Virus record (IMG/VR): IMGVR_UViG_3300023296_000874 | Location: 124,001-188,000 of that record | Strand: one strand, 5' to 3' | DNA: 64,000 nt | Part shown: piece after piece, positions 55,070 to 63,780 of the stretch | How positions within the stretch are numbered: position 1 is the first letter of the stretch | Layout: every line of letters begins with the position of its first letter | Program-made: the position numbers and the translations under genes | The notes under the pieces: generated by a model | What the model saw: only the letters and a program-made list of their open reading frames with translations | Database searches by the model: none | What the model was told of the DNA's origin: nothing

Positions 55070-56005
55070 ATGGCCCGCTGGATTGGACGGAACGTACTCA
55101 GCATCGACGACATAGACCAAGAGGACATCGTTGAGCTGTTCAAGAGGGCGGACGGCCTTCAGGGTGCCTGGCCTCACGTCTTTGAGACCTTGAAGTTCGC
55201 TCGGGTGACCAACCTGTTCTACGAGCCAAGCACCCGGACCGCCAAGAGCTTCGAGGCCGCTGCTCAGATGCTCGGTGCTGACGTGCTGAACATCACGGAG
55301 CCCGCCTACTCTTCAATCAGTAAGGGCGAGAGCCTGGAGGACACGGTCCGCACGCTTGCCTGCTACAGCAACCTCATCGTACTGAGGCACCCCGACGTCG
55401 GCGCGGCGGCACGAGCGGCTAAGGTGGCCGGGGTACCTGTGGTGAACGCCGGAGACGGGGTTGGAGAGCACCCGACACAAGCACTCCTGGACTTGTACTG
55501 CATCTACAGGGAGCTCGGCACCTTGGATGGCCTCACCGTTGGGCTTGTTGGTGATCTGAAGCACGGACGCACCGTCCACTCTCTTGCGAAGCTGCTCTCC
55601 AGATACGACACCAAGTTCGTGCTCGTGAGTCCTCCCGCAATGGGAATGCCTGAGGGCTACTGCGAAGGTGAGTGCATGACCCTTGAGGAAGCCGTGCCGC
55701 AGGTGGACGTCCTCTACGTCACCCGCGTCCAGAAGGAACGCCTCAGTGCTGAAGACCTCACCGCCCACGGGTTGAGCGGTGGTTACGTCATCACCCCTGA
55801 GACCATGAGCCGTGCGAAGGCTTCGATGGCTCTGATGCATCCCTTCCCCCGCGTCGGTGAGATCCTCCCTTCAGTGGACAGCGATCCTCGCGCCGCGTAC
55901 TTCAGGCAGATTGAGGGAGGCTTGTGGGTTCGCGCCGCTTTGCTATCCTTGGTGCTCGGATCGGTCAACCAAGAAGGCTACCTGCCTCTCGCGAAGAACC
56001 GATAG
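55070..56005 (+). CDS. pyrB: Aspartate carbamoyltransferase catalytic subunit
   Basis: FYEPSTRT, KGESLEDT, RHP, NAGDGVGEHPTQALLD, GDLKHGRTVHS, YVTRVQKER, MHPFPR. Confidence 0.95.
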   Translation: MARWIGRNVLSIDDIDQEDIVELFKRADGLQGAWPHVFETLKFARVTNLFYEPSTRTAKSFEAAAQMLGADVLNITEPAYSSISKGESLEDTVRTLACYSNLIVLRHPDVGAAARAAKVAGVPVVNAGDGVGEHPTQALLDLYCIYRELGTLDGLTVGLVGDLKHGRTVHSLAKLLSRYDTKFVLVSPPAMGMPEGYCEGECMTLEEAVPQVDVLYVTRVQKERLSAEDLTAHGLSGGYVITPETMSRAKASMALMHPFPRVGEILPSVDSDPRAAYFRQIEGGLWVRAALLSLVLGSVNQEGYLPLAKNR

Positions 56006-56047
56006 AAACCGTCTGAGTTTCCCACCCCTCGGCTCGTTGTACGGGTA

Positions 56048-56614
56048 ATGGAGGCAGACAGCATGTTCGGATCGACACTTCAGATGGTGCGCCACCCCGA
56101 CCCCCGACTGGAGCAGGTTTCTGCAACAGTTGAAGAGGGTGAGTTTGGTGCCGACATGCTGACCCGCGCCCAGGCCATGAACCACCTCCGCAAGATCGAG
56201 GGCGGCATTGGTATCGCGGGTGTGCAGGTTGGCGACATGCGCCGCATCCTGCTCGCGGTTGTGGGTGAGAAGCCCGCACATCAGGCCAGCCGCGACGCTA
56301 CCTTCTTCGCGAACCCCGTGATCACCGCTCATGGTGACACCGTACCCTCCGGCTTCAAGGAGGGATGCCTCAGCTACCCCAAGCTCAAGGTGAACATCCA
56401 CCGCTACGCCTGGATCGTGCTTGAGTGGCGCGACTTTGACGGCAGCCAGCACACCCGCCGCTTTGAGGGGATGGACGCCATCGTGCTTCAGCACGAGATG
56501 GACCACCTTGACGGCAAGACCCTTCTTCAGCAGGCCTCATCGACGGCGAAGCGCAAGTTCGCTACCGGAAAGCTCCCACGCCCCAAGAAGACGCGTAGAA
56601 GCTCCCGCCGCTAA
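56048..56614 (+). CDS. def: Peptide deformylase
   Basis: GIGIAGVQVG, EGCLS and QHEMDHLDG motifs, with a basic C-terminal tail. Confidence 0.95.
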   Translation: MEADSMFGSTLQMVRHPDPRLEQVSATVEEGEFGADMLTRAQAMNHLRKIEGGIGIAGVQVGDMRRILLAVVGEKPAHQASRDATFFANPVITAHGDTVPSGFKEGCLSYPKLKVNIHRYAWIVLEWRDFDGSQHTRRFEGMDAIVLQHEMDHLDGKTLLQQASSTAKRKFATGKLPRPKKTRRSSRR

Positions 56615-56738
56615 GTAGCCGACAACTCGGCACTTTCATGAAAGTTTAGTTCGTATTGCGATTTACTCTGAGTATCTCGCGGATGGTTTCGTTTTCCTTA
56701 TGTAACCCCCAAGGGGAAGTACAGAAGGAACCAAAACC

Positions 56739-57737
56739 ATGCGACTCTATCCCGCCCTCATGATTGCCCTACTCACCCTCACCGTGGGCTGTATGCCCGC
56801 ACAGGGGATCCTCGAAATCGAAGAGGACCCCACCGAAGACTGCTGCCCTGACGAAGATGACGACGTTGTGGTGGACGATGACGACGACTCCGGCGACACC
56901 GGTGATGACGACGACAGCGCCTGCGTTGACTGCGGCGACGATGATGACCACGGCGACAGCGACGTGGACAACGACGAGGACGGATACTTCGACGACGTTG
57001 ACTGCAACGACTACGACGACACCGTGTACCCCGGCGCGGAGGAGACTCCCTACGATGGCATCGACAGCAACTGCAACGGCCTCGAGGACGACTACGACTT
57101 CGACGGTGACGGCGAGGTGGCCCTGGGCTACGGCGGCGCGGACTGCAATGACCTGGATGCGGACGTGAACCCCGACGCGGACGAGGTTTGGTACGACGGC
57201 GTCGACCAGAACTGCGACGGGTGGAGCGACTACGACCAGGACGGCGATGGCTTCGACAGCGAGAGCTACGGCGGCGATGACTGCAACGACATCAACGGCG
57301 TGATCTTCCCCGACGCTCCTGACGTGTGGGACGGAGTGGACAGCGATTGTGATGGAGACGCTGACTACCTGGAGATGGAGGTGGCTGCACCCACCACCGT
57401 AGCCTCTACCACGACCATCGAGATTGAGGACGGCGACCCCAGCGGCCACTTCATCGAAATGTGGAACACCGTGATCGACGAAGAGGGTGGCGTTGACGAG
57501 AGCTACTACGGCTACTACGAGGTGGACGTGGACGGTACCTGCCTGAGCCTCTTGGCGGGTGACGAAGGCTGCGGGACGATGGCATCAGCAGGCGACCTCC
57601 TGATGACCTGGCTTGCTACGAACAGCACCCTGATCCTCTGGAACAGCACGGAGACCGAGTGCGTGGCCTGGGGAGCGTACCTCGACCTCCACGACGCGGC
57701 TGGACTCTGTACCGTGATCTCCCCCGACGCCCTGTAG
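56739..57737 (+). CDS. Acidic lipoprotein with three MopE-related putative metal-binding repeats
   Basis: Lipobox LTVGC, poly-Asp linker, then three copies of D.DGDG...DCND....P.A.E..YDG.D.NCDG. Confidence 0.85.
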   Translation: MRLYPALMIALLTLTVGCMPAQGILEIEEDPTEDCCPDEDDDVVVDDDDDSGDTGDDDDSACVDCGDDDDHGDSDVDNDEDGYFDDVDCNDYDDTVYPGAEETPYDGIDSNCNGLEDDYDFDGDGEVALGYGGADCNDLDADVNPDADEVWYDGVDQNCDGWSDYDQDGDGFDSESYGGDDCNDINGVIFPDAPDVWDGVDSDCDGDADYLEMEVAAPTTVASTTTIEIEDGDPSGHFIEMWNTVIDEEGGVDESYYGYYEVDVDGTCLSLLAGDEGCGTMASAGDLLMTWLATNSTLILWNSTETECVAWGAYLDLHDAAGLCTVISPDAL

Positions 57738-57969
57738 GAACCCACCCCAGATCCTCCTGTACTTCCCCGGTGCCCCTGCTCTTCGCAGGGGCATTCGAGG
57801 TCTTCGTCTTGTTTGACGGATACGTGCCTGAAAGCGCCCTGACCACAAGGGTTTAGACCACCGCTATCCAGTTCGAAGCTTCGCAACTTCTGGCCGGACT
57901 TGTTGTTCAATGACATACGCCTCACCTGGGGCTAAAACGCGACAGTGAACCAGAAAACGGAGCTAATCC

Positions 57970-60435
57970 ATGGACAGCCGATTTGCCACTCGTAACTTCG
58001 GCGGCGCATCTCGCCGCTACTTCTTCGTCGAGGCTTTGGCCTGCGGTTCGACCGACACGGTCGACACCGATACGAACCCCTCCCATCACATCGTCGTGCT
58101 GGACGCCTCCGGCTCCATGTACCGCGACATGGCCTCGATGAAGGCCACCGTGCGCAAGCTCTGGACCCTCGAGGAGTTCCAGAACAGCAACCAGCTCGTG
58201 AGCCTCCTCAGCTACTCTTCGGAGGGCGACCTCCGCACCCACTTCAGCCGCGTGCGCGTAGCTGACGTGATGGCAGCGGACAGCAGCTACCTCAAGGAGA
58301 TCGACAACCTCCGCGTGCGTGGCCTCACCTGCATGAGCCAGGCCCTCGAGGGTGCCCGCCAGCTCTGCCAGACCGGCGAGCTGACCTGCATCACCCTCCA
58401 CTCCGACGGCTACGCCAACCACCGCTCCCCGACTCAGGAGCGCCGCACGATCGACCGCATCATTGGCGACTTCGCCGGTATGCAGGACGTGTACGTCAAC
58501 ACCATCGCTCACCGCGCGTGGAGCGACTTCGGACTGCTCAACAGCATCTCCAACTCCCTGAGTGGCAAGTGCGTGCAGGCGGGTGACATCCGCGCGGTGT
58601 TCGATGCACTCCACGACACGACCACGCTGCTCAGCGGCCAGCGCACCCCGGCAATCGCCCAGCAGATCGGCAACGCCGACTACCAGGTGTTCGTCAGCGT
58701 GGATGACGGCCGAGTGAACGGCACCGACGGTGACCTGCAGGTGACCGGGCTGAGCAACGACGGCGACAAGACCATCTACCGCTACCGCAGCGTCACCGAG
58801 GCCGAGTACAACAGTTCTTCTCTGCCCGAGTGTGGAGAGGGCAACGACGACCTGACCCCGGTGTACGCCTACAGCCGTGCGATGCTGGCCGAGGGTAGCC
58901 TCAACACCGCCAAGTACGCGCTGGTGAGCACCCGCAACGGCACGCTCCTCGACGAGTACAGCCGCGCCCTGACCAACGAGGAGATCGCGGCCTTCAGCAA
59001 CGGCCTCGAGAACGTGCTCTTCAACGACCCCGACCACACCTTCAGCGATGGCTACGGAGTGGACACCTCGGTTGCCCCCGTGCTGAGCATCCTCGGCGTG
59101 CTGGACACTTGGAGCCGGGCACTGCGCCTCGACACCAAGGCTCTGAGCGCTGGCTACAAGCGGCGTGGCCTCAAGCGCGTCGCTGGCAAGCGTCTGGATG
59201 ACGGCTCGCTCGAGCTGCCCTGGATCGACTCCGTGGAGACGGACACCGATGACTTCGCCCAGGTTGGCGCGGTTGAGGTGAACCGCAACACGGCGACGGC
59301 CAACATCCGCGTCGAGCGTTCGATGCAGATCGTTGAGCGGGAGAGCGGCAACGCGATCCTCGACATCAGCGGTGTGGACGTCAGCGACCTGAAGAGCTAC
59401 CGGAACTACACCCTCGTGGGTGACGGCAGCTTGAACGTGAGCGAGATCGTGGTGCAGATCAGCGACAAGCGTGCCTTCCGCGAGTTGGTTGCGCTGGGCG
59501 TGCTGACGGGTGACTACAACCCGACTGCCTCCTACACCATCAGCCTCGCCGGGCGTCCGCTGGTTGCCTTCGACCAGACCTACGCTTCCATCGACGGCGT
59601 GTTCGACACCTTGGCTCAGTACAAGGCGCTCGGCAGCATCCTGACCGCACTGACCGCGACGACCTCCGAGGCGTTGACGGGCGAGCAGGTGACCGAGCTG
59701 AAGCGTCACTACCTGAGCCCGGCGCTCTACCTCAGCCTCCCGACCACCTACGAGTACACGGAGCTCGACGATGCGATGGCGGACGGCAGCGTCGACACCC
59801 GCCTCTCCTACAAGGTGGACATCGGCAACACCGACATCGTGAGCACCGGCAAGCTGAAGAGCGCCAACGCCTACCTGGTGCGCCGCTTCACCGTGGCTCT
59901 GGACAACGTGGCGCAGAAGAAGGGCACCTGGGCGATGTGGTGGGACGACAACTACAGCGTCGGACTCAAGAAGCTGACCGCGCGTACCAAGCTGGACGCC
60001 ACCGACGACATCCTGATGCCGATCTTCGAGGGCTTCCTCGGCTTCGGCAACTCGGCGGCGGTGACCGACATCCTGGTTGCTGCGGGTGCGGATGCGGCCT
60101 TGGTTGCCTCCATCGAAGCTTCGCTGGTGAAGACCAACGAGCCCGAGGAGCAGGTTGAGGCCTTCAACGCTGCCAAGCGTTGCGTGAAGGCGGCTGAGAA
60201 GGCGCTCTTCGCGGACCGCGTGAGCCCCGTGGCCTTCTACATCGGCGCAACCGGCCTCGTGCCGGATGAGTTCGATGCTCCGGCCATGACCGCTGACGAC
60301 CTCGCGGGCAGCTTCCCCAACATCAAGCTCTCCAAGGGCGAGAAGGAGGGGACGTTCTTCCAGGTGGGCAGCAGCCTCATCAGCGTGTTCATCAAGGAAG
60401 AGCGCTTCAGCACGGGGAACCAGGCCACCGCCTGA
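57970..60435 (+). CDS. von Willebrand factor A (vWA) domain protein
   Basis: 821 aa. MIDAS VVLDASGSM, then GLTCMSQAL and LHSDG. The long C-terminal region is unassigned. Confidence 0.85.
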   Translation: MDSRFATRNFGGASRRYFFVEALACGSTDTVDTDTNPSHHIVVLDASGSMYRDMASMKATVRKLWTLEEFQNSNQLVSLLSYSSEGDLRTHFSRVRVADVMAADSSYLKEIDNLRVRGLTCMSQALEGARQLCQTGELTCITLHSDGYANHRSPTQERRTIDRIIGDFAGMQDVYVNTIAHRAWSDFGLLNSISNSLSGKCVQAGDIRAVFDALHDTTTLLSGQRTPAIAQQIGNADYQVFVSVDDGRVNGTDGDLQVTGLSNDGDKTIYRYRSVTEAEYNSSSLPECGEGNDDLTPVYAYSRAMLAEGSLNTAKYALVSTRNGTLLDEYSRALTNEEIAAFSNGLENVLFNDPDHTFSDGYGVDTSVAPVLSILGVLDTWSRALRLDTKALSAGYKRRGLKRVAGKRLDDGSLELPWIDSVETDTDDFAQVGAVEVNRNTATANIRVERSMQIVERESGNAILDISGVDVSDLKSYRNYTLVGDGSLNVSEIVVQISDKRAFRELVALGVLTGDYNPTASYTISLAGRPLVAFDQTYASIDGVFDTLAQYKALGSILTALTATTSEALTGEQVTELKRHYLSPALYLSLPTTYEYTELDDAMADGSVDTRLSYKVDIGNTDIVSTGKLKSANAYLVRRFTVALDNVAQKKGTWAMWWDDNYSVGLKKLTARTKLDATDDILMPIFEGFLGFGNSAAVTDILVAAGADAALVASIEASLVKTNEPEEQVEAFNAAKRCVKAAEKALFADRVSPVAFYIGATGLVPDEFDAPAMTADDLAGSFPNIKLSKGEKEGTFFQVGSSLISVFIKEERFSTGNQATA

Positions 60436-60453
60436 TCTCCTGAGTTGATGCGG

Positions 60454-60489
60454 ACGACGCCCGAGTGGGGAGACCTGCTCGGGCGTCGT
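60454..60489 (+). terminator. 12-bp hairpin after vWA gene
   Basis: acgacgcccgag...ctcgggcgtcgt. Confidence 0.55.
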
Positions 60490-60591
60490 TGGTCCTGACC
60501 CGTCCATGACTCAAGTCCGACGTCTACACACTTCTGGGCCGCTCTTGTGGTTCTATGGCTGTACCTGAACAACTTGCACCCCGGAACCCTT

Positions 60592-61092
60592 ATGCGCGAA
60601 TTGACCATCTACGTCACGGATGACGGGAGGCGGTACGACGACAAGCGTGCCGCTCAAGAGCATGAGGCAGTCGATGCCGCCATGCTCCCTCTCTTGGCGA
60701 TGCTCCCCCCGAAGTACGACATCCCCTACGCGCAGTACATCGACCACGGGCCGTCCGCCTACGTCCGGGGACAGGAAGCTCGCCTTGCCGCCTACACCTA
60801 CCTGCGAGACAACCCGCCGCAGTACAAGAGCATGGACCACGCCCGCATCCCAGAGGTGATCCAGGCGCTCGTTGATGGCAAGGACGTGAACGACGGGTGG
60901 ATCGAACGCTGCATCCTCTACGAGAGCACCCCGTGGGCGAACATGCGTCAGATCTTCAGCCGCCTTGCTTGCATGGACGCGGGTGGGCGGGAGTACGACC
61001 AGCAGTACCACAAGAACAACAGCGAGAAGACCACCGAGCACATCGTCCCCGGTTACAGTCGCAGGCTTGACCTGTTGATGGAGGAAGCATGA
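60592..61092 (+). CDS. Hypothetical protein ending RRLDLLMEEA
   Basis: 166 aa from ATG 60592, with an ATGA overlap to the next gene. Confidence 0.75.
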   Translation: MRELTIYVTDDGRRYDDKRAAQEHEAVDAAMLPLLAMLPPKYDIPYAQYIDHGPSAYVRGQEARLAAYTYLRDNPPQYKSMDHARIPEVIQALVDGKDVNDGWIERCILYESTPWANMRQIFSRLACMDAGGREYDQQYHKNNSEKTTEHIVPGYSRRLDLLMEEA

Positions 61093-61571
61093 AAGAGATC
61101 CGTAGCCCCCATGCAGTGAGCTGGCATGACACCGATGGCCCGACCATCTTCCTCGCTGGCTCCATTGAGGGCGGCAACGCTCCTCCGTGGCAGGCTGAGT
61201 TCGTGGAGCGCTTCAAGGGTGAGCGTGGCACCATCGTCAACCCACGCCGCAAGGACTGGAATCCTGAGCACAGCAAGTACCGCCACCCCGCGCTCATCGC
61301 TCAGATCCAGTGGGAGCTGAAGGCACTCTCCAAGGTGGACCTGATCTTCATGTACTTCGCGCCCGGCACCATCTCCCCCATCTCGCTTCTTGAGCAGGGT
61401 TGGTTCGGATTCCAGCACGGGAAGGAAGGGAACATGATCACCGTCTGCCCGCCCGAGTACTTCCGCGCCACCAACGTAGAAGTGTTCTGCGAGATGGTTG
61501 GCATCGATGTACACCTCGACCTCTGCGAAGGCTACGACGCCGTAGAGGATTGGCTGGAGGCGCGTAGATGA
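61089..61571 (+). CDS. Nucleoside 2-deoxyribosyltransferase-like protein (Nuc_deoxyri_tr2 type)
   Basis: IFLAGSIEGG...WQ...IVNPRRKDW...QIQWE...SPISLLEQG. Confidence 0.85.
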   Translation: MKEIRSPHAVSWHDTDGPTIFLAGSIEGGNAPPWQAEFVERFKGERGTIVNPRRKDWNPEHSKYRHPALIAQIQWELKALSKVDLIFMYFAPGTISPISLLEQGWFGFQHGKEGNMITVCPPEYFRATNVEVFCEMVGIDVHLDLCEGYDAVEDWLEARR

Positions 61572-61936
61572 AGATCCATACCTGGATGCTCGAAGCAGGC
61601 GCGGTGCTCGCCGTGCTTGTGACCGTGGCGCTCTTTAGCGACAAGGGGGCAGTAGAGTGGGTTGGAGTCTATGGCGTCTTCATGAGCTTCCTACACTCCC
61701 AGGTATCTGACCGCCTCGCAGAGAAGGAGGCTCAGAGGTACGACCTCGGCTCCAACATCGATGGACTTGTGGAGTGCTATGCGTGGGAGCGTCGGTACTT
61801 CTACGCCAAGGAGGGCGGCTGGTTCTTCTACTTCATGGCTCTGGAGGCCTGGAGCGCTTTGGTAGGCGTCTTCGTATTCCTTGGCTACCGCATCTGGCGG
61901 AAGTTCTACCGACGATATCGACCCCTTCGCACTTGA
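61568..61936 (+). CDS. Small membrane protein
   Basis: 122 aa with 3-4 hydrophobic segments, coupled to the upstream gene. Confidence 0.7.
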   Translation: MKIHTWMLEAGAVLAVLVTVALFSDKGAVEWVGVYGVFMSFLHSQVSDRLAEKEAQRYDLGSNIDGLVECYAWERRYFYAKEGGWFFYFMALEAWSALVGVFVFLGYRIWRKFYRRYRPLRT

Positions 61937-61992
61937 AGCTGATCTCACCGTTTCTTGACTTGACCCTGAACCCCTTGACCCGGAGCGCACAA

Positions 61993-62301
61993 ATGCGTCG
62001 CCTTCTTCTCCTCGCCTCCCTTTCCTTGCTCGTCGGCTGTTCCAACCTCACCGCTGGTGAAGTGACGGAGGCAGAGACCACGGGTATTGCCCACTGCGAG
62101 AAGCTCCACGCGGGCTCCACCTGCGCCGCTGCCTGTCAGGAGCGGGACACGGATGAGGACGGCTTTGTCCGTTGCAGCCTCACCGCCACGCCTGATGGCT
62201 CCACTGTGGCTCAGGACCTTCCGGCCCTCGAGTGCGCCTACGGCAAGACGTGGAGCTGGGCGAAGGGCTGCCGTCAGCCCAACAAGGCCGTCACGCGCTG
62301 A
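61993..62301 (+). CDS. Small Cys-rich lipoprotein
   Basis: MRRLLLLASLSLLVGC lipobox from ATG 61993, with six further Cys. Confidence 0.75.
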   Translation: MRRLLLLASLSLLVGCSNLTAGEVTEAETTGIAHCEKLHAGSTCAAACQERDTDEDGFVRCSLTATPDGSTVAQDLPALECAYGKTWSWAKGCRQPNKAVTR

Positions 62302-62737
62302 GCACGTTCCGGATGATGCGCTCAATGAAGGGCACCATCTTGTAGCGTTTGAGATCGTCCACACCCACCCAGGCGATTGCGATGTTCTCGTGATCTGTCA
62401 GGCGTGGCTTCCCTCTGTAGCCCTCACTCACGAAGGGATGCAGGATGCCGAGCTCCGGACCCATGTTGATGGACCGGAGCTTTCGCAGTCTTCCGGGTCG
62501 GATCCCAGCTTCCTCAACGAGCTCACGCACCGCGCCTTGCTGTGGCGTTTCTCCGGCATCCACTCCACCGCCCGGTAGGTTCCACGCCAAAGGCATCCAA
62601 GGGGCTGTACCGCCGCGCTGTAGTAGGAGGACCTTGCCGTCTTCCACTACGACAGTGACGGCTGAGTGCTCAAGCTGAACAGCCGCCGCCAGCTTGCGGA
62701 TCTCACTTGATGTGGATGTTTTCTGTGGTGCTGGCAT
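62291..62737 (-). CDS. Nudix hydrolase (MutT-like), late-type gene
   Basis: Nudix box GGGVDAGETPQQGAVRELVEEAGI. Shares TAPWMP with the Nudix domain of 44044-46038. N-terminus SSEIRKLAA. Confidence 0.9.
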   Translation of the reverse strand: MPAPQKTSTSSEIRKLAAAVQLEHSAVTVVVEDGKVLLLQRGGTAPWMPLAWNLPGGGVDAGETPQQGAVRELVEEAGIRPGRLRKLRSINMGPELGILHPFVSEGYRGKPRLTDHENIAIAWVGVDDLKRYKMVPFIERIIRNVLSA

Positions 62738-62763
62738 GGGTGCCCTCCTAACTGGGATGTGAC

Positions 62764-62778
62764 TACAAAGGGATCATG
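62764..62778 (-). promoter_or_regulatory. Candidate late promoter motif, copy 6 (CATGATCCCTTTGTA)
   Basis: Consensus match 26 nt upstream of the Nudix ATG 62737. Confidence 0.65.
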
Positions 62779-62985
62779 CCACAATGGAGTATGGAAGCTG
62801 AGCACCCCTACAAGCAGTTCATCCTCGAGTGTCTGGCCTTGCTGCATCTACCCAGTGGAAAGTGGGAGGAGATTGCCAAGGACAGGAACTGGGCACTGCT
62901 ATGGGCGTGGGGATGTGATCCATGCGAGGCGGTAGTCACCTACCTTCATGACAGCATGAGGGAGTACGATGTGATAGATGAATAA
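62776..62985 (+). CDS. Small hypothetical protein
   Basis: 69 aa, collinear with its neighbours. Confidence 0.5.
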   Translation: MPQWSMEAEHPYKQFILECLALLHLPSGKWEEIAKDRNWALLWAWGCDPCEAVVTYLHDSMREYDVIDE

Positions 62986-63043
62986 GCTCGACATTCCGAC
63001 ACTCGTCCAAATCCTTGTCGAATGACTTGAACCGGAGGCCCAC

Positions 63044-63292
63044 ATGCCTGATACCCCCGTTACCAAAGATGAGATTGCTGAAGTAGCCAAGGACACCGCT
63101 GACACAGTAGCGGCAGAGTTCGCGGCAGAGCTCGGAGGGGATCACGGTCCCAACGGACCCGACATCAGCCCTGACCTACTCGCCCGGATGTTCGCCCGCG
63201 TGGGTTTCGTAGCGGAAGGCGAGTTGCGTCTACGCGCGGCCCTCACCCCTCCTGAGAAAGTCAAGCCGGACCCTGAGTTCGAAGTAGAGTAG
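63044..63292 (+). CDS. Small hypothetical protein
   Basis: 82 aa with GGAGG RBS. Confidence 0.7.
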   Translation: MPDTPVTKDEIAEVAKDTADTVAAEFAAELGGDHGPNGPDISPDLLARMFARVGFVAEGELRLRAALTPPEKVKPDPEFEVE

Positions 63293-63354
63293 GGCACTGC
63301 ACGTTCCGCCTGTCTGAGCGTTCTACGCTATATGACCACAAAGGAGCGCACGCC

Positions 63355-63741
63355 ATGACCCCCGACACCCTTGTCCGCGAAGAAGCGGAGACCATCATCG
63401 GGGCCTTGGAGGGGTCGCACGCCAATCGAGTCATCGCCGCATACATCGACCTCCGTGTTCGGGAATCCACCGCCCGTCGGAACGCTGTAGGAAATGTCTC
63501 CAAGTTCCTTGGGACTGCGGGGATGGTTGCGGCAGTGATCCTGTTGGGGTATGGTTTCAAAGTCTGGATGTCTGCTGACGACGGCCTGGTTGCATATCAG
63601 GTACAAGCCCAAGAGGAGCTACGAGAAGTGAGAGCTGAATATCAAACAGAGCTATCCGAACAAGGTGCTCTACTTGACGCGGCCACAGTTGAGAACACTC
63701 AACTGCGCGACAAGTGTATTGACGGCATACTCACCCAGTAG
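63355..63741 (+). CDS. Single-pass membrane protein with C-terminal coiled coil
   Basis: 128 aa with AAGGAG RBS and one TM helix. Confidence 0.7.
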   Translation: MTPDTLVREEAETIIGALEGSHANRVIAAYIDLRVRESTARRNAVGNVSKFLGTAGMVAAVILLGYGFKVWMSADDGLVAYQVQAQEELREVRAEYQTELSEQGALLDAATVENTQLRDKCIDGILTQ

Positions 63742-63780
63742 CTCTGGTCCCACCGGAGCTGCGTAGCTACCGGAATCAAC

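Noticed and set aside
57922-60507. 861-aa minus-strand ORF, and similar long antisense ORFs at 9462-10916, 28591-30438, 30445-31959, 32570-33739, 40365-41486 and 47300-49117
   Set aside because: Shadow ORFs opposite well-supported genes. They are V/G/H/R-rich with no motifs, as expected from strong GC3 codon bias.
61993-63741. Lipoprotein 61993-62301 and TM coiled-coil 63355-63741 as an o-/i-spanin pair
   Set aside because: They are not adjacent or nested, are in the wrong order, and lie outside the late block with no endolysin or holin nearby.
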